Below, in pieces: positions 15,886 through 24,550 of a DNA stretch of 32,000 nucleotides (its first letter is position 1; the number at the start of each line of letters is the position of its first letter). Both the position numbers and the translations under genes were made by a program. Where the stretch lies: contig NC_013849.1 of NCBI RefSeq assembly GCF_000025505.1, positions 810,001 to 842,000 of the forward strand. The letters are read 5' to 3'. Source of the stretch: Ferroglobus placidus DSM 10642. GTDB lineage: Archaea; Halobacteriota; Archaeoglobi; Archaeoglobales; Archaeoglobaceae. The notes under the pieces were generated by a model. That model did not search any database, had not been told where the DNA came from, and worked only from the letters and a program-made list of their open reading frames with translations.

Positions 15886-16404
15886 ATGGAATGTCTCGAA
15901 GCGATTTTCACCAGAGTCTCGATCAGGAGGTTTAAAAAAGACCCGATTGACGACGAAATCATAATAAGGTTGCTCGAAGCGGGAAATGCGGCTCCTTCAG
16001 CTGGAAACTTACAAGCGAGGGATTTCATAGTCGTTAAGGATGAGGAGACGAAGCTGAAGCTGGCTGTAGCAAGCTTGAGACAGAGTTTCGTCGCCGAAGC
16101 TCCGGTTGTGATAGTTGTATGCGCAAACTATCCGAGAAGCATGCAGGTCTACGGCGAGAGAGGAAAGCTCTATGCTGAACAAGATGCCACTGCTGCGGTG
16201 GAAAACATCTTGCTTGCCGCCCACTGCATGGGACTCGGAGCGGTGTGGGTTGGAGCCTTCAACGAAGAGAGGGTTGCTGAAATTCTCAACATTCCGAGCT
16301 ACGCGAGACCGATGGCTATTATTCCCGTAGGCTACCCGGCAGAAAGACCCAGCCCGAGGAGGAGAATGAAAATAGAGGAGATAACCCACTGGGAGAGATG
16401 GTGA
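15886..16404 (+). CDS. nitroreductase family protein
   Basis: [45 protein letters not shown] and the later [10 protein letters not shown] are typical nitroreductase-fold motifs. The start is taken at ATG 15886 (MECLEAIF...), where homology begins. The track ORF extends to 15817. Confidence 0.8.
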   Translation: MECLEAIFTRVSIRRFKKDPIDDEIIIRLLEAGNAAPSAGNLQARDFIVVKDEETKLKLAVASLRQSFVAEAPVVIVVCANYPRSMQVYGERGKLYAEQDATAAVENILLAAHCMGLGAVWVGAFNEERVAEILNIPSYARPMAIIPVGYPAERPSPRRRMKIEEITHWERW

Positions 16405-17153
16405 TAGCTCTACTCACGGACTTCGGAGACTTCTATCCGGGAGTGATGAAAGGAGTAATCAGGAAGATCACCGAGGAGGAAATAGTTGACATAACGCATT
16501 CTGTCAGAGCTCAGAACGTGTTTGAAGGAGCTTTCCTGCTTTACAACTCCTACAAATTTTTTCCGAAAGGAAGCATTTTCGTGGCTGTCGTCGATCCCGG
16601 AGTTGGAGGGAAAAGGAGGGCTTTAGCTGTTAAAACTAAAAATTACTGGTTCGTAGCTCCGGATAACGGAATAGCCTATCCATCAGCTTCCGAAGACGGA
16701 ATAGAGAAGATAATTTCTCTGAATTCCAGGAAGCTCTCAGAATTCTCTGGAGAACTTTCATCCACCTTCCACGGAAGAGACGTTTTCGCACCTGCGGCAG
16801 CGCTAATAGCTGAGGGGAAAATAGACGAGTACGGGGAAGAAGTAGAGACGATGAAAGAGCTCGAACTCTTCCAAGTAAAAATCGGAGAAAAGATTGCCTG
16901 CAAAGTTGCTTACGTAGATCGGTTCGGAAACATCGTTACGAATCTGAAAAAGGAAATTGTAGAAGATTTGAAACCGAAAGGATTTTACATTAACGAAACT
17001 AAAATTCCTTTCGTGAAGAAGTACGAGGACGTGAACGTCGGAGAGCCTTTAGCGCTAATTGGAAGCTTTAACACTCTGGAAATTAGCGTTAGGGAAGGTA
17101 ACGCAGCTGAATTTTTCGGAATTGAGGACGAGATTGAGTTAGGGTGGTTTTGA
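16398..17153 (+). CDS. SAM hydrolase / SAM hydroxide adenosyltransferase family protein (DUF62)
   Basis: 251-aa ORF with [48 protein letters not shown] and DRFGNIVTN, the characteristic DUF62 blocks. It overlaps the nitroreductase gene by 7 nt. Confidence 0.8.
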   Translation: MVIALLTDFGDFYPGVMKGVIRKITEEEIVDITHSVRAQNVFEGAFLLYNSYKFFPKGSIFVAVVDPGVGGKRRALAVKTKNYWFVAPDNGIAYPSASEDGIEKIISLNSRKLSEFSGELSSTFHGRDVFAPAAALIAEGKIDEYGEEVETMKELELFQVKIGEKIACKVAYVDRFGNIVTNLKKEIVEDLKPKGFYINETKIPFVKKYEDVNVGEPLALIGSFNTLEISVREGNAAEFFGIEDEIELGWF

Positions 17154-17551
17154 TGATTAACGAGAGAACTTTAGCGAAGCTCGCGGAAGCGATGAATAAG
17201 CACATTCCGAGGAGCAGGAGAAGTTTAAAGGAACTGCTGGAGATGAAAGATCCAACCTACATTGCCAAGGACGGAAACGAATACTATATCGAGAAAAAAG
17301 AGCTCGAATTTATAGCCGAGCACGTGGACGAAATTTACTGGGGAAGGTTCTGGATTCCAATAATTCTGGAGATGACGAGCATTGGAAGCGAATACGTCAT
17401 TTTCGTTAGAGATAAACTGCATGCTGAATTCATCAGCAAAGCTTTCGGAATAGATAGATTTACGAAGCAGGGATTGATGCTGTACTCCTACGAGATGCAG
17501 AAGGTTAGGAAGAAGCTTAGAACGGCTACGCAGGTTTTCTTCAGAGTCTAA
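17153..17551 (+). CDS. UPF0216 (DUF61) family archaeal protein
   Basis: MNKHIPRSRRSLKELLEMKDPTYIAKDGNEYYIEKKELEFIA...FWIPIILE resembles UPF0216 proteins as I recall them. The ATG at 17153 overlaps the upstream TGA (TGATG). The track ORF starts at GTG 17144. Confidence 0.55.
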   Translation: MINERTLAKLAEAMNKHIPRSRRSLKELLEMKDPTYIAKDGNEYYIEKKELEFIAEHVDEIYWGRFWIPIILEMTSIGSEYVIFVRDKLHAEFISKAFGIDRFTKQGLMLYSYEMQKVRKKLRTATQVFFRV

Positions 17552-17600
17552 CTTCATACTTGGGATAACTTTAAAACCTCTTTCAATATAAGAGAAAACG

Positions 17601-17789
17601 ATGGATCTCGAAAACCTTTACTGCGCGAGGTGCGGTTCGGAGTTCGATCTGAAAATTAAGAGGACTACGGGCTACACTGGAGTCTTGCACATACCAAACC
17701 TCTACTGCCCGTTTTGCGGCAGCAGGAGGCTGACGAAAAAGCACGGTATTCTCTTCTTCATCGAAGAGGAGAGAAGATGGAGAGGGTAG
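17601..17789 (+). CDS. small zinc-ribbon protein
   Basis: 62-aa ORF with two CxxC pairs (CARCGSEF ... CPFCGSRR). Its 3' end overlaps the DtxR-family start by 13 nt. Confidence 0.45.
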   Translation: MDLENLYCARCGSEFDLKIKRTTGYTGVLHIPNLYCPFCGSRRLTKKHGILFFIEEERRWRG

Positions 17790-18355
17790 AGGAATACCTC
17801 AAAATCATCTACGACATCCAGAGGAGTAAGAATAGGCTCGTGAGAACGGGAGAGATAGCGAAAAAACTTAAAGTTAAACCGGCAAGCGTAACGGAGATGC
17901 TCGCGAAGCTTCAAAAGGAAGGCTACGTTGACTACCAGCCTTACAAAGGAGTTACGCTTACGAAAAAAGGGGAGGAGATCGCGAAAAGGATAAAGGAGTA
18001 TCACTTAATTTTCGAAAAATTTCTCGTGGAATTCGTGGGGTTGGACAAAGAAGTCGCTCACGAGATAAGCTGCAAAATCGAGCATGTCGCAAATGAAGAT
18101 GCGATAAGGAAAATCTGCCACTTCATTTCCCAGAACTGCGATCTATGTGAAGAATGCGAATACAACGCAAGCTCTCTCGAAAGAGTTGACAGCGGAAGAT
18201 TTAAAGTTCTCGCAGCTCCGAGTTACCTCGAAACTCTGGGAATTAAAGTTGGAGGGAAAGTAGAAGTTAAAGAGGGAGAGGTTTTAATCGACGGAGAAAG
18301 GGTTAAGCTTTCGGATGAAATTAAGAGGAAGGTTATAGTGATTAAAGATCAATAG
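17777..18355 (+). CDS. DtxR/MntR-family metal-dependent repressor with C-terminal FeoA/SH3-like domain
   Basis: MERVEEYLKIIYDIQ...VRTGEIAKKLKVKPASVTEMLAKLQKEGYVDYQPYKGVTLTKKGEEIA is the DtxR wHTH. HEISCKIEH matches the H-x3-C-x2-E-H metal site. The C-terminal RFKVLAAP...LGIKVGGKVEV is FeoA-like. The start is taken at ATG 17777 rather than 17714. Confidence 0.8.
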   Translation: MERVEEYLKIIYDIQRSKNRLVRTGEIAKKLKVKPASVTEMLAKLQKEGYVDYQPYKGVTLTKKGEEIAKRIKEYHLIFEKFLVEFVGLDKEVAHEISCKIEHVANEDAIRKICHFISQNCDLCEECEYNASSLERVDSGRFKVLAAPSYLETLGIKVGGKVEVKEGEVLIDGERVKLSDEIKRKVIVIKDQ

Positions 18356-19004
18356 CCCCGTTGTTCACAGCAATTCCGGAAGCAAGGGAAATTGCTGAAA
18401 GCCCGGACTTTTCGCAAACGTCTATTGCGGAATTCAAAATGGCTGCTTTCGAAACGACAAGAGGAATTCCAGCCCTAACGCACTTCAGCGCTATGCCTTT
18501 GGTTATCCTCCCGGAAAGAACCAAGTAGCTTTCGGAAAAGTCCACTCCGTTTTTGTAAGCCTTACCAATTGCCTTGTCAACTGCGTTGTGTCTTCCGACG
18601 TCGTAGGAAATGTAAGCTCTCTCGTTTATCACAGCCGCTGTATGGTAAGCCCTCGTCTTCTTATAAAGTTCGGTCTCGATAACTTCAAGAGATTTCAAAA
18701 CTTGGTCGAGTTTAAACTTCCTTTTGGGAGAAACCTTACCTACTTTCTCGTCGACGTATATTCCTATGCATCCGGAGGAATTGATGGAAAGGATTACCTC
18801 CTTGACGTTCTCTATTACTCCCACGTCTCCCTCCACGTAAACTACCGGCTTCTCGCTCAATCCCTCGCTTATGGAGAAGCCTATTAACAGCTCTTCTAAA
18901 TCGTTCGGGGAGCACATCATTCTGAACACTCTTCCTCCAGCGATAACTTTCAGCTCTATTTCCTCTCCTATTTCCAACGGCTTCCCTATCCTGACCACGT
19001 CCAC
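18342..19004 (-). CDS. fdhD: FdhD-type sulfurtransferase (formate dehydrogenase accessory protein family), short form
   Basis: 220-aa ORF with CSPNDLEELLIGFSISEGL, GCIG, YHTAA, DVGRHNAVDKAIGKA and LSGRITKGIALKCVRAGIPLVVSKAA, which are FdhD family blocks. Confidence 0.75.
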   Translation of the reverse strand: MDVVRIGKPLEIGEEIELKVIAGGRVFRMMCSPNDLEELLIGFSISEGLSEKPVVYVEGDVGVIENVKEVILSINSSGCIGIYVDEKVGKVSPKRKFKLDQVLKSLEVIETELYKKTRAYHTAAVINERAYISYDVGRHNAVDKAIGKAYKNGVDFSESYLVLSGRITKGIALKCVRAGIPLVVSKAAILNSAIDVCEKSGLSAISLASGIAVNNGAIDL

Positions 19005-19041
19005 AAAACCGTTTTATTCTCACTAAAGATTACTTTTTCGA

Positions 19042-19890
19042 ATGAGGATCGTAAACCTAAGACTTGAAGATAAAATCGTCGAAAAACTCGACGAAATCTC
19101 ATCGAAGTTCTTAATATCGAGGAGCGAGCTTATAAGGCAGGCGATAGTGATGTACCTTTCAGCTCTCGAGAACCTCGGTTTCTACTTTAAACCTTCCGTA
19201 CTGTTACCAAAACTGGACGTTTACGAGGAGAGAAACTCTATATCGATAGACTTCGGAAACTTTACCTCGTTGACTGTTCTTTCTTTCAGCTACGCTGGAG
19301 TTGGAGAGAAGGAGAGAGATCTGAAGGTTGAGCTCGAAAGAGTTGCGGAAATTTTAGCGAATCAAGTAAAGGTGGAAAGCCTAACGAGATTCGTCGAACC
19401 TTTCGTCGGTTTGCTTTCGACCGGAAACGACATAGAATACAGCCTCAGGTTTTTCAGACTTTTAAAGAACTTTCTAAACTTCAGATTGATTATCGCAAGC
19501 TCCGAAAACGTCATGGAAACCAAAGAGTCCTTTTTCTCTTTAACCGTTGTCGGGATGAGGGACATGAAGGTCAGAAATTCTCCGAAGAGGGGAGAGAAGA
19601 TTTTCCTCTACGGCAAAATTTTGAAGGAGAAGGAGCTGGTAAAAGAGAGAGGAATTGATGTAAAGCTCGTTGAAAAGCTTGTTGAATTCGTTAAAAACGG
19701 AAAAGCGAGTTCGATTTTCGCTGTGAAAAGCGACGGGCTTCTTCAAACCTGCAGCATGGCAGCTTCCTTAGCCGGGGGAAAGCTCGTTATGAAGAAAAGA
19801 GACGAAAAGGGATGTCCAGCCACAGCCGTCATAGTTACTGCTGAAGAAATGCCATTACCCGGAGGAATCGAGGTCGGAGAGATAGTTTAA
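19042..19890 (+). CDS. ribbon-helix-helix (CopG/Arc/MetJ-type) domain fused to an uncharacterised ~230-aa domain, possibly PurM-like
   Basis: The N-terminal MRIVNLRLEDKIVEKLDEISSKFLISRSELIRQAIVMYL is a typical RHH. Later SLTVVGM, PKRGEKIFLYGKI and AVKSDGLL...AASLAGG weakly recall the N/C-domain junction of PurM-superfamily proteins. That assignment has low certainty. Confidence 0.5.
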   Translation: MRIVNLRLEDKIVEKLDEISSKFLISRSELIRQAIVMYLSALENLGFYFKPSVLLPKLDVYEERNSISIDFGNFTSLTVLSFSYAGVGEKERDLKVELERVAEILANQVKVESLTRFVEPFVGLLSTGNDIEYSLRFFRLLKNFLNFRLIIASSENVMETKESFFSLTVVGMRDMKVRNSPKRGEKIFLYGKILKEKELVKERGIDVKLVEKLVEFVKNGKASSIFAVKSDGLLQTCSMAASLAGGKLVMKKRDEKGCPATAVIVTAEEMPLPGGIEVGEIV

Positions 19891-20562
19891 CTTCTCCCTG
19901 TTTGCCATTTTGTGAGCCTCTCTAATCGGAATAGGAAGCTTGTAGTTTCTTATAGTAGCCACCACAACTCTCAAAGCCGTCTCTGGAGAGATCATGTTTC
20001 CCGGAGATACGTAAATCGGATTGCATCTCGCGCAAGGTTTGTAGGCGTAGCCGATCAGCTCGTCGTTAAAAATTCCTTTGCTTTCCCCGCTCCTTTTCGG
20101 CTCTTCGAATTTCCCGTAGAGGGGTCTTTTCGTCACTCCTATGCTCGGATTTCTCAAAGCAACTCCGACGAAAGTTGCTAATCCGCACTTTCTCGGGTGA
20201 GCGATTCCACTTCCGTCGACAATTATAACCGTCTTCTCCCTCAAAACCTTCTTAACAGCTTCGACAGCAGAATCTCCCTCTCTAAACATCAGGAAAGTGG
20301 GGATGTAAGGGAAGTCGACCTTTCTTAAATCGACACCCGAATCAATAAATCTCAAATCCGGAAAGCTCATCAGCACTGCTGCGGAAACGACGAACTCTTT
20401 GTCACCTTTCTTGAAAAAAGCTTGGTCGACGCCGACGACGTACTTAATCTCCTCGTAATTAAAAGCATCTTCTAAAACGACTTCTTCAGCTATTTTTTTC
20501 TGTAGCTCCACGAGCTTATTCAAATTCCCATCTCGCAGAGAGGAAAGTTGGTCCTCTAACAT
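19855..20562 (-). CDS. nfi: endonuclease V
   Basis: 235-aa ORF with VVGVDQAF, YIPTFLMFREG, IIVDGSGIAHPRKCGLATFVGV, IGVTKRPL and PIYVSPGN blocks of the EndoV family. Its 5' end overlaps the sepS 3' end by 47 nt. Confidence 0.8.
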   Translation of the reverse strand: MLEDQLSSLRDGNLNKLVELQKKIAEEVVLEDAFNYEEIKYVVGVDQAFFKKGDKEFVVSAAVLMSFPDLRFIDSGVDLRKVDFPYIPTFLMFREGDSAVEAVKKVLREKTVIIVDGSGIAHPRKCGLATFVGVALRNPSIGVTKRPLYGKFEEPKRSGESKGIFNDELIGYAYKPCARCNPIYVSPGNMISPETALRVVVATIRNYKLPIPIREAHKMANREKLNYLSDLDSSG

Positions 20563-22087
20563 CTATCTTTCCTCCCCTCGAAACGATATAGTTCCTCAGC
20601 TTTTCGTCAATCTCAATGTTTATGTCTCTCGGAGATTCGACAACCCTAACTCTTATTTCCCCGTTCTCCCTTTTAATTAGACTCTCCTCGATTTTAGCTG
20701 CTACGAGGTACGAAAAAGCGTCGACGTATCTTATTCCGGTCTCAACACCATTTTCGAAGTACTCCAACCACTCATCAGTTTTCGGAATGCCGTAAATGCT
20801 ACCGTTGTAAACGACAAGCTCGTTAAAAGCTGCTGGTCCGCAGAGCTTGACTTTTTCTCTCTCCAAAACGTAAACTTTTAGATGAACCCCGAAGAAGTCT
20901 CCTTCGTAGGCTAAAAATTCGCAAGGACCAATTTCATCTCTATACCTTTCAAAAGCTCCGATAACAGCTTTTGCAATTTTAACGCCTTCTTTGCTTCTCG
21001 GAACTTCTCTAACCTTAATTCTCGACGCTATCTCCACGTCCGAGAGAGTTAAGTTGCTGTAAATCTGCGGATAAACGAGCTTTCTAACGTCCTCAGCTCC
21101 CTGAATAACCATAGCTAATCTCTCAACGCCCATGCCAAGGTTTAAAACCGGCACGTCTATGTCGTAATTGGCTAAAGCTACCGGAGAGTATATGCCGAAG
21201 GTCGCAACCTCGATCCACTCCTTTCTGGCTGGGTGGTAGATGTAAACTTCTGTCTGAGTGTTCGGGATGTAATACTTGCTCTTCTTCTCGTCCTCCTTAA
21301 ATTTCACCTTCTCGAAGCCGAAATGACTCAGCAAGGCTTGAGCTATCGCCTTCCCATCCTCAACGCTCACCTCTTCGTCGGCGTAAACGCAGCTCGCCGA
21401 AAAGTAAGTATACAGCCTGCTCGCATCCTCTCCCTGCTCTCTTCTAAAGCACCTGTCTATGCTGAAGAGCTTTATCGGGAGTGGATACTTATCTATTAGG
21501 TGGCTTAGAGTTATGAACCACCCGGTTGTCATGTGGCTTCTCAAAGTCAGGTTGTTGGCTACCGGCTTGAGCTCCTTGAACTCCGGAAAAACCTCGTCGA
21601 GAATTTTCAAAGCGGTTGTATCGTCGGTGTTTAAAACCTGAGAAATCTTGTAAGCGAGCTCGTCTCCTCCAAAAACGCCCTTCTTGTACAGATGAAAGAC
21701 TTTTCTCAGTCCTTCAGCGTCGAAGTCTCCGACAATTTCCCTTATTTTTTCTATTTGTTTCTCGGAAATTCCAACATTCGGTCTCGGCAAAGTTGCCAAG
21801 TAGAAGCACCTATCCAAAACAGCCAAAGCCTCTTTCCCGAACTGCTTTTTAACGTGAACATCTTCTACTATCAACGGGTTTATGACTTCCGTAAAGCCCA
21901 AAGACAAATAAGCCCTTCTCAATCTCTCTATAACCTCGTAAACGGGGTGAGGTCTTCCTATCGATATCAAATTTCTCGGATAAGCTTCGTTTAAGCTTAC
22001 TTCTTCAACTATCCCTTTTCCAGCCTTCCAAGCCTCTTCAAAGTCTTTTTCAGCCTTCTTCTTCCACTCTTCTGGATCAAACCTCAA
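20516..22087 (-). CDS. sepS: O-phosphoseryl-tRNA(Cys) synthetase (SepRS)
   Basis: The 523-aa ORF is collinear with methanogen SepRS as I recall it. Matching blocks are MRFD...AEKDFEEAW, GRPHPV, IERLRRAYLSLGF, AVLDRCFYLATLPRP, LTLRSHMTTGWFITL, LFSIDRCFRREQ, KKSKYYIPNTQTEVY, EVATFGIYSP and NLGMGVERLAMV. Confidence 0.88.
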   Translation of the reverse strand: MRFDPEEWKKKAEKDFEEAWKAGKGIVEEVSLNEAYPRNLISIGRPHPVYEVIERLRRAYLSLGFTEVINPLIVEDVHVKKQFGKEALAVLDRCFYLATLPRPNVGISEKQIEKIREIVGDFDAEGLRKVFHLYKKGVFGGDELAYKISQVLNTDDTTALKILDEVFPEFKELKPVANNLTLRSHMTTGWFITLSHLIDKYPLPIKLFSIDRCFRREQGEDASRLYTYFSASCVYADEEVSVEDGKAIAQALLSHFGFEKVKFKEDEKKSKYYIPNTQTEVYIYHPARKEWIEVATFGIYSPVALANYDIDVPVLNLGMGVERLAMVIQGAEDVRKLVYPQIYSNLTLSDVEIASRIKVREVPRSKEGVKIAKAVIGAFERYRDEIGPCEFLAYEGDFFGVHLKVYVLEREKVKLCGPAAFNELVVYNGSIYGIPKTDEWLEYFENGVETGIRYVDAFSYLVAAKIEESLIKRENGEIRVRVVESPRDINIEIDEKLRNYIVSRGGKIDVRGPTFLSARWEFE

Positions 22088-23456
22088 CTTTCCCCACCCT
22101 CTCCTCGACTATCTTTCCAAATGATATCAGTGCAGATTCGGAGAAATGATTACCCATCAGCTGCACTCCCACAGGCAATCCATCGACTTCCAAGAGAGGA
22201 ACGGACAAAGCGGGAATTCCAGCCAAGTTCGCCGGAACTGTGTTCACATCTGCATAGTACATCGTTACTGGATCTTTGATCTCACCGATCTTAAAAGCAA
22301 CGTCCGGCATTGTTGGAGAAATTAGGATGTCGAAGCTTTCGAAAGCTCTCTTAAAGTCGTTTATTACGAGAGTCCTGACTTTCAAAGCTTTCAGGTAGTA
22401 CTTTCCGTAGTAGCCGGTGGATAAAGCGAAGCTGCCCATCATAATTCTTCTCTTCACCTCTTCTCCAAAACCTTCAGCTCTGACCTTGGCGAAAAACTTC
22501 CTCCAGCTGTCCAATTTTTCGAGGGTGTAGCCATATCTTACTCCGTCGTACCTTGCTAAGTTAGAAGAGGCTTCGCTCATCGCAATTACGTAGTAAGCCG
22601 GCAGAGCGTAATTCAAAGAGGGCAAGCTTATCTCCTTAACTTTCGCCACTTTTTTAAGCTTCTCAACGAATTCCTCAAAAGCTGCCATTACCTTCTCGTT
22701 CGCCTTCATCTCCTTAACTATACCAACTTTGAAATCTTTCTCGACGAACTCGAATCTAAACTCTCTTCCAGCATTTGTCGAATCTCTCTGATCCCTTCCG
22801 GCTATAACTTCAAGGAGTAAAGCCAAATCGTCCAGACTGGCAGCCATCGGACCTATCTGCTCTAAAGAGTTGGCATAGGGAATTAAACCGTACCTCGAAA
22901 CCAATCCGTAAGTCGGCTTCAGTCCGTAAACTCCGGTAAACGAAGCCGGACACCTTATGCTCCCTCCGGTATCGCTTCCGAGAGATAAAACCGTCTCTCC
23001 TCCAGCAATAGACGATGCACTTCCACCACTGCTTCCTCCAGCCACTCTGCTTTCATCCCTCGGATTTCTCACAACTCCGAAGTAAGAGGTTTCAGTTGTC
23101 GTTCCCATGGCAAATTCGTCCATGTTCGTCTTCCCAACGATTATCGCCCCTTCTTCCTTCAACCTCTCGACGACGTGAGCATCAAAGGGAGGAACGTAAT
23201 CGTGAAGCATTTTTGAAGCGCAAGTCGTTCTTATTCCGGCTGTGGATATGTTGTCCTTTATCGCCACAGGAATTCCCGCAAGTTTTCCTTTTAGCTTTCC
23301 CTTCTCGTATTCCTCAGCCTGAGAAAGAGCGATTTCTTCGGTTACCGTGATGAACGAGTTGTACCTGTTCTTTTTAACCTCTTTCATCAGCTTTTCCACG
23401 CAGTTTAAAGCTCCTTCACTCTCAACTCTCTCCTTCCACTCAGCCACGCTAATCAT
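22077..23456 (-). CDS. gatA: Asp-tRNA(Asn)/Glu-tRNA(Gln) amidotransferase subunit A
   Basis: 459-aa ORF with amidase signature GGSSGGSASSIAGG, plus GIPVAIKDNI, GKTNMDEFAMG and GSDTGGSIR. It overlaps sepS by 11 nt and gatC by 4 nt. Confidence 0.9.
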   Translation of the reverse strand: MISVAEWKERVESEGALNCVEKLMKEVKKNRYNSFITVTEEIALSQAEEYEKGKLKGKLAGIPVAIKDNISTAGIRTTCASKMLHDYVPPFDAHVVERLKEEGAIIVGKTNMDEFAMGTTTETSYFGVVRNPRDESRVAGGSSGGSASSIAGGETVLSLGSDTGGSIRCPASFTGVYGLKPTYGLVSRYGLIPYANSLEQIGPMAASLDDLALLLEVIAGRDQRDSTNAGREFRFEFVEKDFKVGIVKEMKANEKVMAAFEEFVEKLKKVAKVKEISLPSLNYALPAYYVIAMSEASSNLARYDGVRYGYTLEKLDSWRKFFAKVRAEGFGEEVKRRIMMGSFALSTGYYGKYYLKALKVRTLVINDFKRAFESFDILISPTMPDVAFKIGEIKDPVTMYYADVNTVPANLAGIPALSVPLLEVDGLPVGVQLMGNHFSESALISFGKIVEERVGKVEV

Positions 23457-23734
23457 TCGACCACCTTCGGACCTTTGAAATATCCCTCCTCTTTGTGCTT
23501 TGCGTTCATTAAAACGAGTTCTCTCGGCAAACTTTCCTTCGGTTCGTCTTTCCTAAACACGTTTTTGAGGGGAAGGACGTGATAAGTGGGAGGCACATCT
23601 GGGTCTATCTCGTCAAGCTTGTCGAAAAACTCCAGTATCTTTTTGAAGTCTCGAGCGAATTTTTCAACCTCATCTTCTCTCAATTCAATCTTCGCAAGTT
23701 CCGCAACGTGAAGAACCGTACTTCTATCCACCAT
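23453..23734 (-). CDS. gatC: Asp-tRNA(Asn)/Glu-tRNA(Gln) amidotransferase subunit C
   Basis: 93-aa ORF immediately upstream of and overlapping gatA. VLHVAELAKIELREDEVEKFARDFKKILEFFDKLDEID is the typical GatC pattern. Confidence 0.85.
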   Translation of the reverse strand: MVDRSTVLHVAELAKIELREDEVEKFARDFKKILEFFDKLDEIDPDVPPTYHVLPLKNVFRKDEPKESLPRELVLMNAKHKEEGYFKGPKVVE

Positions 23735-23957
23735 CCTTTCTCAGCTTTTGCTCTCTGTTTAAAAAAGTTCAGATAGCATGCCACTTTTGGACGAAATTCT
23801 CCGGTGATATCAGATAAGTTTTTTGGAACGCTGGTCATGGCTAATATTCTTTCCTCAAGCTTTGCAGTTTTGAAAATGAAATCTCTCCGTAAAGAATCGG
23901 AGGCAAGCATTGGTAAAAGATGAGAAGAGAAGAATCAACTAAATCCTTCAAAAATTT

Positions 23958-24541
23958 ATGATTTTAGTAGTTTTTGTTTTGTTAATTTCGGGGTGCTCTT
24001 CCCAGAGCAAACCAAAAACCCTTGAGCCGTATAAAATTGAGGATTCCAGTTATCTCGAAAAAGTAAAGAACGATCTTTCTCGTACTACGCCATCGATTTG
24101 GATTTGAATAAGAAAGTTTTATTTGGTCAATTTCAGGATGCCGAAGTTGAGCTTGCTGATTACAAGGAAGTTAAGGAGATCGACTTTCCCGGAGCAGGTA
24201 AGCTTAAAGCCGTAGAAAATTCGAAAATCCTATACTTTCACTTGAAAGTTAAAAGACTTTCAGGAGAGTATACAAATCACATAATCAACGCCTACATCTT
24301 CGGTCTTGCCTGCGATGAGAACTTTTCTTATTGCTACAGCTTAGACTTCGGAAAAAGAGAGCCAGAAGAAGGGATCATCATTGGTGAAGGAGAAAAAGAT
24401 TTTTACGTTGCGGGTTCCGTGCCAGAGAATGAGAAGCTGGATTATGCGGTTTTCTACTATGTTTTTTACGGTAAAGAAACCACTGGAGCTTCTCCGGGGA
24501 GTATCTTTTATTTTGCAAAGTTCAGAATAAGTGGTAAATGA
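23958..24541 (+). pseudogene. lipoprotein gene split by a frameshift (signal-peptide exon-like ORF 23958-24107, body 24041-24541 in another frame)
   Basis: ATG 23958 encodes MILVVFVLLISGCSSQSKPK... (lipobox LISGC) and stops at TGA 24105-24107. The 147-aa track ORF (24098-24541) has only a TTG start, and its frame is open back to 24041. The two frames overlap over 24041-24107, so one indel would fuse them into a protein of about 195 aa. Confidence 0.45.
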
Positions 24542-24550
24542 GTGATAGCT

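Noticed and set aside
16443-16449. GTGATGA C-box-like sequence, and a TGATGA at 17152-17157, as possible C/D-box sRNA starts
   Set aside because: Both lie inside or at the junctions of well-supported CDSs. I found no appropriately spaced CTGA D box with terminal pairing.
23680-23910. 76-aa minus-strand ORF upstream of and overlapping gatC. The 220-nt gap 23735-23957 was also considered as a possible small-RNA locus
   Set aside because: The ORF overlaps the well-supported gatC start in another frame and has no motif. I could not identify any conserved RNA structure or C/D-box pair in the gap, so it is most simply the divergent promoter region.
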